The notes under the pieces were generated by a model, which made no database searches, had not been told where the DNA came from, and worked only from the letters and a program-made list of their open reading frames with translations. The position numbers were made by a program, and so were the translations under genes. Below, piece after piece: positions 10,033 through 19,919 of a stretch of 58,394 bases of DNA. Position 1 is the first letter of the stretch. Each line of letters starts with the position of its first letter. Origin of the DNA: a virus (lineage: Duplodnaviria > Caudoviricetes); the IMG/VR virus record IMGVR_UViG_3300032237_001118, positions 1-58,394 of that record, one strand, 5' to 3'.

Positions 10033-10194
10033 ATGAAACATTTATTCTATCTATTGATGGCCATATTGAGTGGTCTTATTTTGTTTTCGTATTGTATGAA
10101 TGGTAAACCTGTTGAATCCTATAGGTGGATTTTCACAATATTTTTCTTTATGTTTTTCTTTGGAAGATATGTTTCTGAAATAAAGGAGAAATAA
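10033..10194 (+). CDS. Small membrane protein (53 aa, not in ORF track)
   Basis: MKHLFYLLMAILSGLILFSY...WIFTIFFFMFFFG, two hydrophobic segments; stop overlaps the next ATG. Confidence 0.55.
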   Translation: MKHLFYLLMAILSGLILFSYCMNGKPVESYRWIFTIFFFMFFFGRYVSEIKEK

Positions 10195-10889
10195 TGAATA
10201 TATTAAATTTTTTAAGTAGACTGACTGGTAGACCACCGTTGTTACCTAATGGGTATCCTGATATGGCGGCAAATCATCGTTATGTAGACAACGACGGTGA
10301 AATAATACAAGATGTCACAAGACGAATAAATGGAGGTGGTTTTTATAATCCTCCACCACCTCCACCAATACCAATGTATTCTACACCAAAAGGTGAACCT
10401 CTACCACCCATGGTTTCTAAAATTGTTAATAAAATAATATCAGAACCAGTTAGAACCACACCATCAACAACTTCATCATTAATTCAGGAAAGGTTGTTTG
10501 GTACAACTTTAACTGATATTACATCAACCCTTACTGCACCGAAAGACCCTTATGTTTTAGACCATAAACCTCTTAAACGGATGCTAATGAAATTAGTTCC
10601 GTGGATATTGGATGTTACAGAAGTTAGAGTAAGAAAGTTCTTTGGAACAGGAGGACATGCTCAAGAAGTAGATGGAATTATGACAGGACCATTGGAAATT
10701 CATATTACTGTTTCTCCAATACACCATAGTGAATTGATGAATCAAAAGATTGAGGTTGAGGTAAGAGAAAAATTATTTGAACATCTACTTCCATTGGCTA
10801 AATGTATGTTTCCAAATCATTTATATATGAATCCAACAATTATTTTTTCACCCTCTCACTCTGAAACAATTTTAGAATATGTCAAGTAG
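10194..10889 (+). CDS. Hypothetical Pro-rich protein
   Basis: 231-aa ORF with a poly-Pro tract. Confidence 0.65.
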   Translation: MNILNFLSRLTGRPPLLPNGYPDMAANHRYVDNDGEIIQDVTRRINGGGFYNPPPPPPIPMYSTPKGEPLPPMVSKIVNKIISEPVRTTPSTTSSLIQERLFGTTLTDITSTLTAPKDPYVLDHKPLKRMLMKLVPWILDVTEVRVRKFFGTGGHAQEVDGIMTGPLEIHITVSPIHHSELMNQKIEVEVREKLFEHLLPLAKCMFPNHLYMNPTIIFSPSHSETILEYVK

Positions 10890-11199
10890 TAGAAATTGGT
10901 CTCATAATTCGTTTGAAGATACTATGGAAAAGTTTGTTCCCCTCATCAAATTTTGGTGGATGGAATATATGAAAATCATTCCAGTTAATTACAGTGAATG
11001 GTCTGATACAATTTATGTTATAATTGAATTTGAAATGACAAGGGAGGGAGAAGAAATGGCTCGCGGTTGGAATTATGTACAACAAGGAGAAATAACATCG
11101 GCAATGAGTAATCACTTGAGAAAATACTTTAATGGATTTTTGAATACAAATATACAAATCAAAGAATTTAGAAGACCAGCAAATTATAGTTATTCATAG
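10879..11199 (+). CDS. Hypothetical protein
   Basis: 106-aa ORF overlapping the previous stop. Confidence 0.6.
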   Translation: MSSSRNWSHNSFEDTMEKFVPLIKFWWMEYMKIIPVNYSEWSDTIYVIIEFEMTREGEEMARGWNYVQQGEITSAMSNHLRKYFNGFLNTNIQIKEFRRPANYSYS

Positions 11200-11252
11200 T
11201 ATTTTTATTTGTCATATGTTTTTTGTATCTTTGTAAAACAATAAGATACACC

Positions 11253-11648
11253 ATGAAAAAGACCTTCCCACAAAATTTCCAAAAAGTTGTTGATTACATC
11301 TATAATCAAAAAGGTGTTAAAGTTGAATTATATGATTCTACTTGTTTCTTGGGTCACGAAAACAAAACTATCTATATTCACAGAGCTTATAACCTTGATA
11401 AGAATGGGTTATTTGCTTTATTACATGAATGTGGTCACGCATTACAACCTGTAACAAATATAGGTGTAAATTGTTACAAAAATATTGACGAGGATTTGAA
11501 ACCACGGGAGTTTGCGATGAAGAGATTCATTAATGAAGTTGATGCTTGGGATAAAGGATTAAAGCTCGCATCTGAACTTGGAATTCATATCGACATCAAG
11601 AAGTATGATAAAGAAAAAGACATTGCTCTTCTAACTTACTTTGTTTGA
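11253..11648 (+). CDS. HExxH metallopeptidase-like protein (ImmA/IrrE-like)
   Basis: LLHECGH plus downstream EVDAW; TATCTTTG promoter motif upstream. Confidence 0.6.
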   Translation: MKKTFPQNFQKVVDYIYNQKGVKVELYDSTCFLGHENKTIYIHRAYNLDKNGLFALLHECGHALQPVTNIGVNCYKNIDEDLKPREFAMKRFINEVDAWDKGLKLASELGIHIDIKKYDKEKDIALLTYFV

Positions 11649-11663
11649 TGGTATTTATGAATA

Positions 11664-12089
11664 ATGAAAGAACTCATCCGTAAGATATTAAGAGAAGGAA
11701 TGCAGATTAGTGGTGATGCACCTGATTGGGTTGAAAAATTTCATGCTCTTCCAACAGAAGGAAGAATTGACTTTATTGAAAAACATAAAAAACGTATTGA
11801 AAAACTATTGCCAAGAATTATTGAATTTTTTGAACAAAAATTTGGTGATTACGTAGATAAAATTGAAGTCGGAGAAAAAGGTGTCCATTACGGTTCTGAA
11901 AATCATTCAACAAAACAACTTCTATTAAAATTTTATTTTAATGATGTTGATGATAATGTTGCAGAAACAAATTATGATTTAATGAAAAAAGTTAGAAATG
12001 ACTTAAAAAATTTCTTTAATATTGATTTAGAGTATTATGGAGTTCCATTGGATTTGGAATTTTATATAAAGACTTGGGAAAGAATGTAA
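11664..12089 (+). CDS. Hypothetical protein with MKELIRKILRE leader
   Basis: Shared leader motif, GGTATTTATG upstream. Confidence 0.75.
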   Translation: MKELIRKILREGMQISGDAPDWVEKFHALPTEGRIDFIEKHKKRIEKLLPRIIEFFEQKFGDYVDKIEVGEKGVHYGSENHSTKQLLLKFYFNDVDDNVAETNYDLMKKVRNDLKNFFNIDLEYYGVPLDLEFYIKTWERM

Positions 12090-12090
12090 T

Positions 12091-12336
12091 ATGGAAGAAG
12101 AAGTAAAAATACTTAAGAAGTTATTGAATCACAAAATATTCTTAGATGAATTTCCAAAAATCACATACGTTGCGGTAGACAAATTTGGAGAAGGTATAGA
12201 CGTTGTATTTTTTTACCGTGAAGGAGTTAGTTATGCTGAATCCAAATCATTCCGACAAAAGGCTGGACAATCAGTACGTGACTTAGCTAAAATGGCAGGA
12301 GTTCATTCTCGTCTAAACATTTATCCAATAGGGTAG
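12091..12336 (+). CDS. Hypothetical protein
   Basis: 81-aa ORF tightly coupled to the previous gene. Confidence 0.6.
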   Translation: MEEEVKILKKLLNHKIFLDEFPKITYVAVDKFGEGIDVVFFYREGVSYAESKSFRQKAGQSVRDLAKMAGVHSRLNIYPIG

Positions 12337-12368
12337 ATTATATTAGAATTTTCACCTATATTTGTTAT

Positions 12369-12545
12369 ATGGAAAATCACAACACAATCAAAATTGAAGA
12401 TAATAAAATTATTATCACAACTCCTAAAGAACGTCAAATCTTTGAACCCCTTAGAACTCCAAACTACACTATTGGTTCACAATTTATTAATGTGGACAAG
12501 GTTAGATACTTTCTAACTAAAACAAAACCTAACAAGGGTAATTGA
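12369..12545 (+). CDS. Small hypothetical protein (58 aa, not in ORF track)
   Basis: MENHNTIKIEDNKIII..., preceded by TATATTTG. Confidence 0.5.
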   Translation: MENHNTIKIEDNKIIITTPKERQIFEPLRTPNYTIGSQFINVDKVRYFLTKTKPNKGN

Positions 12546-12575
12546 TTATTTTAATTTAATTTACTATTATTAGTT

Positions 12576-12779
12576 ATGATACAAACACTAACGGTTAAGG
12601 ATATGGACTACTTAGTCACAGACGAAGAGACCATTACAAAAGAAGATGAGATGATATTTGAGGTGAGAAATCGTAGAGAAAGTGATTCAACCTATGTTAT
12701 TGGAATGTGGGAAGATTTACTCGGAGCCCCAATACAAAAAATTTGGAAAATTGTTTCCAAAACAAAACATCAAAAATAA
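12576..12779 (+). CDS. Hypothetical protein
   Basis: 67-aa ORF followed by a terminator. Confidence 0.6.
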   Translation: MIQTLTVKDMDYLVTDEETITKEDEMIFEVRNRRESDSTYVIGMWEDLLGAPIQKIWKIVSKTKHQK

Positions 12780-12784
12780 TTTCA

Positions 12785-12811
12785 TAACCCCTCCATAGTG
12801 AGGGGTTTTTT
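12785..12811 (+). terminator. Intrinsic terminator (identical to 15569-15595)
   Basis: TAACCCCTCCATAGTGAGGGGTTTTTT. Confidence 0.85.
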
Positions 12812-12833
12812 GTTTTAAAAGGTATTTATCATT

Positions 12834-13235
12834 ATGTCCAAGAACTATATCATTTCTGAAAATCAACTTAAAATTATTGTGGAGAATAATAAGGTGAACA
12901 CTTTAATTTCCAAATATTTGGATTCCCAAGATTGGAAAACATGGGATATTGGTGATGGTGAATTTGATGTTGCGGATGGGGAGTTTGGGAAAAACTTGAT
13001 TAAATTTAGAATTCAATATTCAAGTATGGAACCTGACCACCATTTTAACGTAATATACATTAGCGACGATTTGGTAACAAAGATTAATACTTTATTTTCA
13101 ATGTCAAACCTAAAGTCAATCAAAGAAATTATTAATTGGTTCAATAAGAAGTATGAGAAAAATTTAACGATGGATGATTTTGAATGGATGGATAGTGACA
13201 CCTACTACGCTGATGATGAAGATTATGAAAATTAG
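12834..13235 (+). CDS. Hypothetical protein with MSKNYIISENQL leader
   Basis: Leader motif, GGTATTTATC upstream. Confidence 0.75.
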   Translation: MSKNYIISENQLKIIVENNKVNTLISKYLDSQDWKTWDIGDGEFDVADGEFGKNLIKFRIQYSSMEPDHHFNVIYISDDLVTKINTLFSMSNLKSIKEIINWFNKKYEKNLTMDDFEWMDSDTYYADDEDYEN

Positions 13236-13258
13236 AAGTATTTATAAATAAAACTAAC

Positions 13259-13834
13259 GTGAAACAAAACAATAACATATTTGAAGAATTAAATAAGATG
13301 AAAAGTCTTATTAAGGCAAAGCCAGGAACTGTAATTTCAGAACAAGAAATTCAAGAAATAGGATTTGGAGCTTATGCTGCATCTCAACAACAAAAAACCC
13401 CATCAGGGTATGATTTATCGGGAACTCAATCAGTAAGTGAAAGACAAAAAAACATTAACGGTAATTATTGTAATGTCAAAAATGGTGTTATTGTAACTGG
13501 AGGATATTCAAATGGAACAAAGTGGGATGATTACGTAAAAACGTATTCAGTAACTGCTGATGAACTTGCAACCGCTAAAGCGTCTTGTGGTAATAAAGGA
13601 GGTGGAAATAAAAATAACGATTACTCAAGAATGGTTGGAGACTACAGTAAAAAAGTTCAAACAGGATTGGGTATAACACCTACGGGTCAATTATCTGATA
13701 ATGATTTAGAAAAAGTTTTAGGACAATTAAATGGAGAAGTTTCTGGTGAAGTTAATCAAACAGTACAAGGATTACCAACAACAGCAGATGGACAACCTGA
13801 TTTAGAAAAAATCTTGGCATCTTTATCAAAATAA
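13259..13834 (+). CDS. Hypothetical protein, C-terminal peptidoglycan-binding-like segment
   Basis: GTG start; FEELNKMKSLI..VISEQ leader; KKVQTGLGITPTGQL resembles a PG-binding helix motif. Confidence 0.65.
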   Translation: MKQNNNIFEELNKMKSLIKAKPGTVISEQEIQEIGFGAYAASQQQKTPSGYDLSGTQSVSERQKNINGNYCNVKNGVIVTGGYSNGTKWDDYVKTYSVTADELATAKASCGNKGGGNKNNDYSRMVGDYSKKVQTGLGITPTGQLSDNDLEKVLGQLNGEVSGEVNQTVQGLPTTADGQPDLEKILASLSK

Positions 13835-13856
13835 ATAAAAAAAACAAAAATATAAA

Positions 13857-14474
13857 ATGGGACTTTTAAAATTAACCGAATCAGAAAGATTAGAAATTCT
13901 AAATCTTCATAACAACGCCAAAATCATTAAAGAACAGGCGACACCTGTAGTTCCTGTTTCAAGTACAGTACCTACAGCGGCAACAACTATGGATAGAAAA
14001 ACATTAATTACTAAAATCCAAGAATTACTAAAAACAAAATATAATGCGGATTTAGGACCTAAAGGTGCTGATGGTGTATTAGGACCAAAAACTCTTGCAG
14101 CGTTAACAACTGCAATGGCAAACAAAGCTAAATCGGTACCTTCAACAACACCAGCGGCTACAACACAAGCAGCACCTGCAACACAAGCAGCACCTGCAAC
14201 ACAAGCAGCACCTGCAACACAAGCAGCACCTGCAACACAAGCAGCACCTGCAACACAAGCAGCACCTGCAACACAAGCAGCACCTGCAACTACAGGAACT
14301 GATGAATTTGGAGCTGAGGCACCTCAACCACAATTATCAGCACAATCTCAACAAGCATTAGGGGGACAATTAACTCCACAACAAATTAGACAACAAGCAA
14401 GATTTGACCAAAGATTGGCAAGACAAGCAAGAAGAAATACAAGAAGAGCAGGACAACAAGGTCAACAACAATAA
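13857..14474 (+). CDS. Peptidoglycan-binding domain protein with TQAAPA repeats
   Basis: LTESERLEILNLH leader; IQELL...GADGVLGPKTLAAL (PG_binding_1-like). Confidence 0.72.
   Translation: MGLLKLTESERLEILNLHNNAKIIKEQATPVVPVSSTVPTAATTMDRKTLITKIQELLKTKYNADLGPKGADGVLGPKTLAALTTAMANKAKSVPSTTPAATTQAAPATQAAPATQAAPATQAAPATQAAPATQAAPATQAAPATTGTDEFGAEAPQPQLSAQSQQALGGQLTPQQIRQQARFDQRLARQARRNTRRAGQQGQQQ
14161..14290 (+). repeat. Perfect 18-bp tandem repeat CAACACAAGCAGCACCTG x7
   Basis: Seven identical in-frame units encoding TQAAPA. Confidence 0.97.
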
Positions 14475-14496
14475 GATAAATTACCAATACGTAATT

Positions 14497-14523
14497 AAAC
14501 CCTCCATTCTTGGAGGGTTTTTT
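14497..14523 (+). terminator. Intrinsic terminator
   Basis: AAACCCTCCA/TGGAGGGTTT stem followed by a T run. Confidence 0.85.
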
Positions 14524-14546
14524 ATTTCATAAACTATTTATTAATT

Positions 14547-15101
14547 ATGAAAATAAAACTTACAGAATCTGATTTAATTAGAATGGTTAGAATGATTCTT
14601 GAAGACAGTGACGACTGGATGTCTCGTATGAAAAGAAGACAGGGAGAACTAACAAACTTAGTAGAAAAGCAAGTTGAGCAAGAGACTAATCCAGACAATT
14701 TTAGTGACGAGTTTGAATATGCCGATAATATATTATCATGGGCTTTAGATGAATTTATTAATCAACCAGGTAATGAATGGTTAGAAGATAAATTTGATGA
14801 CTTACTTGATTATGCCAAAGAAGAATTTGGAGACCAACTTTTTGATATATATTACGGAATGACGGGTGATGAAGATGAGTTTGATGATGAAGAATTTGAA
14901 GAGAATATTACAGAACAATTTAACAGAGAACAATTATATCCTAAAGAAGATGTTGTTAGAATGTTAAAAGGAGCACCTACTGAATTAAGAAAACTAATCA
15001 AAAAGTTACCAGACATTCCTTGTGAGAACGACAAAGGAGAAAGAACAATTTGTACAAAAATTCCAGAAACTATTCACGTTTATTTGACTGGAAGATATTA
15101 A
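14547..15101 (+). CDS. Acidic hypothetical protein with MKIKLTESDL leader
   Basis: Leader motif; internal ENITEQ precedes a second small domain. Confidence 0.75.
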   Translation: MKIKLTESDLIRMVRMILEDSDDWMSRMKRRQGELTNLVEKQVEQETNPDNFSDEFEYADNILSWALDEFINQPGNEWLEDKFDDLLDYAKEEFGDQLFDIYYGMTGDEDEFDDEEFEENITEQFNREQLYPKEDVVRMLKGAPTELRKLIKKLPDIPCENDKGERTICTKIPETIHVYLTGRY

Positions 15102-15128
15102 ATTGTTATACTTGTTGAAAACAACAAT

Positions 15129-15563
15129 ATGAGCAAAGTAAAAATTTCTACAGACAAGGGTGATATGATTGCCGAATTATACGACAACGAAACACCAATT
15201 ACAGTTAATAACTTTTTAAAATTAATCGGAGAAAAATTCTACGATGGTCTAAACTTTCATAGAGTAATCCCTGGATTTGTGGCTCAAGGTGGTTGCCCAA
15301 ATAAAAGAGGTGACGGTGGACCAGGTTATACCATCCAATGTGAAGTATCTGCCCCAAAACAATTTCATGATACAGGAGTTCTTTCTATGGCACACGCAGG
15401 AAGAAATACAGGTGGCTCTCAGTTCTTCATTTGTCACAGCAGACAAGGAACTCAACACTTAGACGGAAACCATACATGTTTTGGTAAAGTTGTTGAAGGA
15501 TTAGATATCATTCCTCAAATTCAACAAGGAACAAACATTAACTCAATCACAGTAGTTGAATAA
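15129..15563 (+). CDS. ppiA: Cyclophilin-type peptidyl-prolyl cis-trans isomerase
   Basis: FYDGLNFHRVIPGFVAQGGCP, LSMAHAGRNTGGSQFFI, HLDGNHTCFGKV. Confidence 0.96.
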   Translation: MSKVKISTDKGDMIAELYDNETPITVNNFLKLIGEKFYDGLNFHRVIPGFVAQGGCPNKRGDGGPGYTIQCEVSAPKQFHDTGVLSMAHAGRNTGGSQFFICHSRQGTQHLDGNHTCFGKVVEGLDIIPQIQQGTNINSITVVE

Positions 15564-15568
15564 GAAAT

Positions 15569-15595
15569 TAACCCCTCCATAGTGAGGGGTTTTTT
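15569..15595 (+). terminator. Intrinsic terminator (identical to 12785-12811)
   Basis: Same 27-mer as 12785-12811. Confidence 0.85.
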
Positions 15596-15641
15596 ATTAT
15601 AAAAAAATTTAATATATTTGTATTATAATTTTATCAAAGAC

Positions 15642-15860
15642 ATGGACAAACTAACATTTAACGAGTGGGCAAAAAAACATAACATATCAACTTTGTATGA
15701 TTATGATAAATTTGAAAATAGAGAGTTTCTTAAGAGGTTAGATGAAACTAGACCGATGTATCCAAAAAAAGAAAATACTGAAGGATTAGCTGATGCGCAT
15801 AAAGAAGGTGTATTTGAAAAATTAAGGTATTTATTTGTATGGGAAAGAAATTTATCGTAA
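15642..15860 (+). CDS. Hypothetical protein
   Basis: MDKLTFNEWAKK..., TATATTTG upstream. Confidence 0.55.
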   Translation: MDKLTFNEWAKKHNISTLYDYDKFENREFLKRLDETRPMYPKKENTEGLADAHKEGVFEKLRYLFVWERNLS

Positions 15861-16561
15861 GACTTACAGAACAGGAATTAGCTGATTTAATTACAAAACA
15901 ATTAATGGACCCGAAAGGTGATAATGTTTTGGGTAATTTTATTAAAGGGGTTTTAGGGGATAAAGATTCAACTACATCATCATCGGGTGATGCAAAAACA
16001 TTTGATAGTAAGGGCCCATCCATATCAGGTAGTGATGGTATGTTTACAAAATTAGACCTTAACACATCAGAAGGATATAAAGCATATGAAGAGATTGCAG
16101 ATAAGTTTATTGGTAGTAGGTCGGCAAATCTCTTAGGTATTAGAGGGTCTATGTTAGCAGATGCTGCAAAAAATGCTTACAACAAATATAACAAATATGT
16201 TCCTGCTGAATTAGCTCTTGCTCAATTGGCAATTGAAGGGGGATTCTCAAGTAATCCAAAGGCAAGGCCGATTAAAACAAAAAATCCATTCAACGTCGGT
16301 AACGTTGATACTGGAAAAAATGTATTTCATTCGTCAGTTCAAGACGGTATTCAAACATACTACAACTTAATTGCCAAAGACTATCTAACAGGAGGTAAAA
16401 CACCATCTGACCTTTTAAATAATTTTGTGAATAAGAATGGTCAAAGATATGCGACTGCGGCTTATGAAGTACCTGTAAGAGACCTTGCCAAAAAGGCTAA
16501 TCAAATGGCTCAACCAATTTATGCGTCATTAACTAAAAAGTCTACATCTGATATCGCATAA
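15839..16561 (+). CDS. Lysozyme-like/glucosaminidase-like cell wall hydrolase with LTEQEL leader
   Basis: ELALAQLAIEGG...NPFNVG...YATA pattern of GH73/SLT-like enzymes. Confidence 0.6.
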   Translation: MGKKFIVRLTEQELADLITKQLMDPKGDNVLGNFIKGVLGDKDSTTSSSGDAKTFDSKGPSISGSDGMFTKLDLNTSEGYKAYEEIADKFIGSRSANLLGIRGSMLADAAKNAYNKYNKYVPAELALAQLAIEGGFSSNPKARPIKTKNPFNVGNVDTGKNVFHSSVQDGIQTYYNLIAKDYLTGGKTPSDLLNNFVNKNGQRYATAAYEVPVRDLAKKANQMAQPIYASLTKKSTSDIA

Positions 16562-16562
16562 T

Positions 16563-17156
16563 ATGAAAATTATAATCACAGAAGACCAATATAGTAGACT
16601 TAATAAAAGTAGTCAGTCAATCACTAACGCTATCATCAAATATATGAACGAATATATTAGTAAGGGTGAAAGAAAGATATCCAAAAAATCTCGTAGTTAT
16701 GGAAATCGTCGTGAGGATTGGTGTGTTAATGGAAAAAATACTATTTCCACAGCATATTATTTTGAGAATGATGATTTTGAAAAGGGCAGTTTATATATTT
16801 CAAAAAAAATAGTAAAAAGCCTTTGTGATTTATTGAGTGTGAGACGTTCATATGTTTTACATGTTATTGAAGAGTGGTATGATGAAATTATGGTTCCAAA
16901 ATTTGAAGATATTGTTGGTGAATCAGGTTTATCAATTGACGAGATAGATGTTTGGGATAAAGAAAATGATTGTGTTCCTGACCCTGTTAAGCCTGAAGGA
17001 ATTACGGACGAAGAGATGTTTGACTACATTGTAAATAACACAGCATACCGTAGAGATGAGGTTGCAAAAAAAATTGAATCGGGAGAAAGAGACCTTGAGA
17101 ATTTTTATTTAGACATTGTAGATACTCAAAACAGAAAAAAAATTTACGGACATTAA
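16563..17156 (+). CDS. Hypothetical protein with MKIIITEDQ leader
   Basis: Leader motif. Confidence 0.75.
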   Translation: MKIIITEDQYSRLNKSSQSITNAIIKYMNEYISKGERKISKKSRSYGNRREDWCVNGKNTISTAYYFENDDFEKGSLYISKKIVKSLCDLLSVRRSYVLHVIEEWYDEIMVPKFEDIVGESGLSIDEIDVWDKENDCVPDPVKPEGITDEEMFDYIVNNTAYRRDEVAKKIESGERDLENFYLDIVDTQNRKKIYGH

Positions 17157-17157
17157 T

Positions 17158-17763
17158 ATGAAAATTATAATAACAGAACAACAAGCCAACGAATTACTAA
17201 CATCAATGTTAGAAGATATGTTCAATGGTTACGATATTAAATACGAAGGAGACTATAGAAACGTTTATGTTAATGGTAAACTTATGGCACAATTGGGACC
17301 ATCAAAAGGTGTTGTTTCTTTAGATGCTTTTAATCAATTGAAAGACAATTTATTTTTCAACTCTGATAAAGATTTAAGAGATGACGTTGCTGATTGGGTT
17401 AGAAATAAATTTAAATCAAAAAATAACATCGGAAAATATGGAATTTCATTTAAGAAATTACATGGTGAAGAAAGAGAATTACCAAAAAAAGAAAGAAAAC
17501 CTCATCACGCAACACGTCAAGATAAGTTAGAACCAGGATTTAATCTTGATGCATTTAAAGAAAGAACAGGTAATATTGAAACAAGACTTAAAAATAAAGA
17601 AGATTTAATTAGAGCTGCAAGAGAAAAGGCAAATCCTGATAGTTTTACTAATTGGTGGAAAAGAGAGACGGACAAACACAATGAAAGAGAAAGAAAAGAA
17701 AAAGAAAAACAATTATCAGACATATCTAAAATGGTTGCCAAATTAAAAACCGACAATAAGTAA
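17158..17763 (+). CDS. Hypothetical protein with MKIIITEQQ leader
   Basis: Leader motif. Confidence 0.75.
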   Translation: MKIIITEQQANELLTSMLEDMFNGYDIKYEGDYRNVYVNGKLMAQLGPSKGVVSLDAFNQLKDNLFFNSDKDLRDDVADWVRNKFKSKNNIGKYGISFKKLHGEERELPKKERKPHHATRQDKLEPGFNLDAFKERTGNIETRLKNKEDLIRAAREKANPDSFTNWWKRETDKHNERERKEKEKQLSDISKMVAKLKTDNK

Positions 17764-18137
17764 TGAAATATATAATCACAGAGTCAAAATTTGAGAATTT
17801 AGTTATTGAGTATCTTGATAAAATGTTTGACGTTACTGATATAAATTGGACAAATCCTTACGACATAATAGATGATGAAACAGGTGAAGAAGGTGATGAT
17901 GAAAGTAGAATTTTATTTTATATTGGTGACTACAACGGAGGTGATGATAGATGTTTTATGTGGTATGGTTGCGAATATTTTGATAAAGGAAGTAAAGCAA
18001 GAGAACTTTGTCCAATAGTACAACTTGAGCATCCATATGATATTCAACTTAATGGATATTTTGACGATAAGTGGCACGAACCATTCAAAAAGTGGTTCAC
18101 TAAAAACTTTAATTTACCTGTTAAAACTATAGAGTAA
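17763..18137 (+). CDS. Hypothetical protein with MKYIITESK leader
   Basis: Leader motif; stop/start overlap. Confidence 0.75.
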   Translation: MKYIITESKFENLVIEYLDKMFDVTDINWTNPYDIIDDETGEEGDDESRILFYIGDYNGGDDRCFMWYGCEYFDKGSKARELCPIVQLEHPYDIQLNGYFDDKWHEPFKKWFTKNFNLPVKTIE

Positions 18138-18463
18138 TGGTTAAAGAATTTCAAATAAAAGGTTTAGAGAAAATGGCAAATAGCGGTATAATCAAAAAGA
18201 TTTATCCAATGGTTGACCATATTGATATTCGTTATAATGGAGATTTATATAACCCAAGAGGGTGGGGAGGATTGGAAGTTGATATATTTGTAAATGACCC
18301 GACCATAACCAAAGAAAACATGTACGATAAGGAACTTGACCCACATTATTTGATTGATTATTATATTAAACAATACTTTCCGTATTTTAATATTAATAAG
18401 CCGATTACGAGTTTTATTGTTTGGGGTACTGAAGGTGAGGTAATTCATAGTTTTACGAATTAA
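18137..18463 (+). CDS. Hypothetical protein
   Basis: 108-aa ORF, TAATG coupling. Confidence 0.7.
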   Translation: MVKEFQIKGLEKMANSGIIKKIYPMVDHIDIRYNGDLYNPRGWGGLEVDIFVNDPTITKENMYDKELDPHYLIDYYIKQYFPYFNINKPITSFIVWGTEGEVIHSFTN

Positions 18464-18569
18464 TGAAAAAATTTAAGTTTTTTTTAGAACTATTAAGTTT
18501 AATATTTGCATCAGGAACAATCGTATTACTGATTTGGTTTATTTATATGTTTTATATCGTATTTTTTAG

Positions 18570-19025
18570 TTGGTGGATATAGAACAAATTGAAAAAATAC
18601 AAAAAATTGTTTTTAACAAGTTAAATCGTGACCTACATAACACGATATATCATCCTCATGGTCAAGAAATATGGATTATGAATTTTGATACTAAAGAATG
18701 GTTCTTTGAGTATCAAAATAACGGCCAATTATGGTATAATCAAAAGATTTTTAGTGTAAATCTACCTTTATTCTCACTGACTAATGCAGAAAACCAAAAA
18801 ATAATTAAAAATTGGTTTGAAATTACTTTAAATTTACCCGTAAATAAGATTTCAAGGAAAAACAGCAATATGGATTACTATATTGATGGTATTATCAAAA
18901 ATAATAAGTATAAATGGTCATTAAAAGAAAGATTTGGGTTTAGTTATAATACGGTTAAACAGTATTTGGACTTAAAATCTCATATTTTAACGGAAAACAT
19001 AAAATTAGAACATTTTATAGTATAA
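18570..19025 (+). CDS. Hypothetical protein
   Basis: 151-aa ORF, start codon uncertain. Confidence 0.6.
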   Translation: MVDIEQIEKIQKIVFNKLNRDLHNTIYHPHGQEIWIMNFDTKEWFFEYQNNGQLWYNQKIFSVNLPLFSLTNAENQKIIKNWFEITLNLPVNKISRKNSNMDYYIDGIIKNNKYKWSLKERFGFSYNTVKQYLDLKSHILTENIKLEHFIV

Positions 19026-19126
19026 TTTAAGGAACTTCTATAAACTTACTAGTAAAATCCTATTTTTATTAGTTTTTTACCATTTTTGTTGTATTATTTT
19101 AATAGTTATATTAAAAAAACACAATT

Positions 19127-19264
19127 ATGATACATTTACTATGTTTAACCTTAATACTTTGCGGAGCTCTTGGAGTAACTCTATCAAAAACAGATAAAAC
19201 TACCTTTATTAGAAAGAAAAGACAACATCAGGGGTTATTACAACTTGATAAGGAGGTAATTTAG
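19127..19264 (+). CDS. Possible small membrane protein (45 aa)
   Basis: [20 protein letters not shown]..., hydrophobic N-terminus. Confidence 0.4.
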   Translation: MIHLLCLTLILCGALGVTLSKTDKTTFIRKKRQHQGLLQLDKEVI

Positions 19265-19593
19265 AGGGCAAAACTCTCTCCACACCCACAAGTTCTTGAT
19301 GCGTTAGGATTACCCCATTGGAACCCTTTCCCGTTTAAGCCATCCGAATAGTCTAACTCAGTACCATAGAGGTATAATACAGATTTTCTATCAATAACCA
19401 CTTTTAATCCACCATCAATTTCGACAGTTTCATCAGTAGGTTCAATTTTGTCATCAAAATCCATGACATAAGATAGTCCACTACAACCTCCACCTTTTAC
19501 TCCAACGCGTAAATGATGAGAGTCTGGAGTTATTCCAGATTCCATCATTAAATTTACAACATGTTGTAATGCTTTTTCTGAAACCGTAATCAT
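19261..19593 (-). CDS. iscA: Iron-sulfur cluster assembly accessory protein (HesB/IscA/SufA family)
   Basis: [15 protein letters not shown] and [14 protein letters not shown]. Confidence 0.95.
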   Translation of the reverse strand: MITVSEKALQHVVNLMMESGITPDSHHLRVGVKGGGCSGLSYVMDFDDKIEPTDETVEIDGGLKVVIDRKSVLYLYGTELDYSDGLNGKGFQWGNPNASRTCGCGESFAL

Positions 19594-19901
19594 TAGTTGT
19601 ATGCTAAACCAAAAAATTTATAATTCTTATGAACGGAAATTTCATCACCCGCCTTTATTGCTAAATCCTCATCTTCGTAAATTGCATTAACAGGACATTC
19701 GGGTTCACACGCTCCACAATTGATACAAATATCAGGATTGATATACATTTGACCACCTGGGAATGATGCCCTACCATCTCTTTCAATTTCACCACCAGAA
19801 CCTTCAATATCAATAGGCCCGTGAATACAATCTACTGGGCACACACTTGCACAAGCGGTATCCATACAATCAACACAACTCTTTCCAATAATATAACTCA
19901 T
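19593..19901 (-). CDS. 4Fe-4S dicluster ferredoxin
   Basis: [17 protein letters not shown] and [12 protein letters not shown] motifs. Confidence 0.93.
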   Translation of the reverse strand: MSYIIGKSCVDCMDTACASVCPVDCIHGPIDIEGSGGEIERDGRASFPGGQMYINPDICINCGACEPECPVNAIYEDEDLAIKAGDEISVHKNYKFFGLAYN

Positions 19902-19919
19902 ACTTTATTTTTTTTGTTT

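Noticed and set aside
14161-14290. CRISPR-like array
   Set aside because: Head-to-tail 18-bp units with no spacers, in frame within a CDS. The same applies to 55700-55920.
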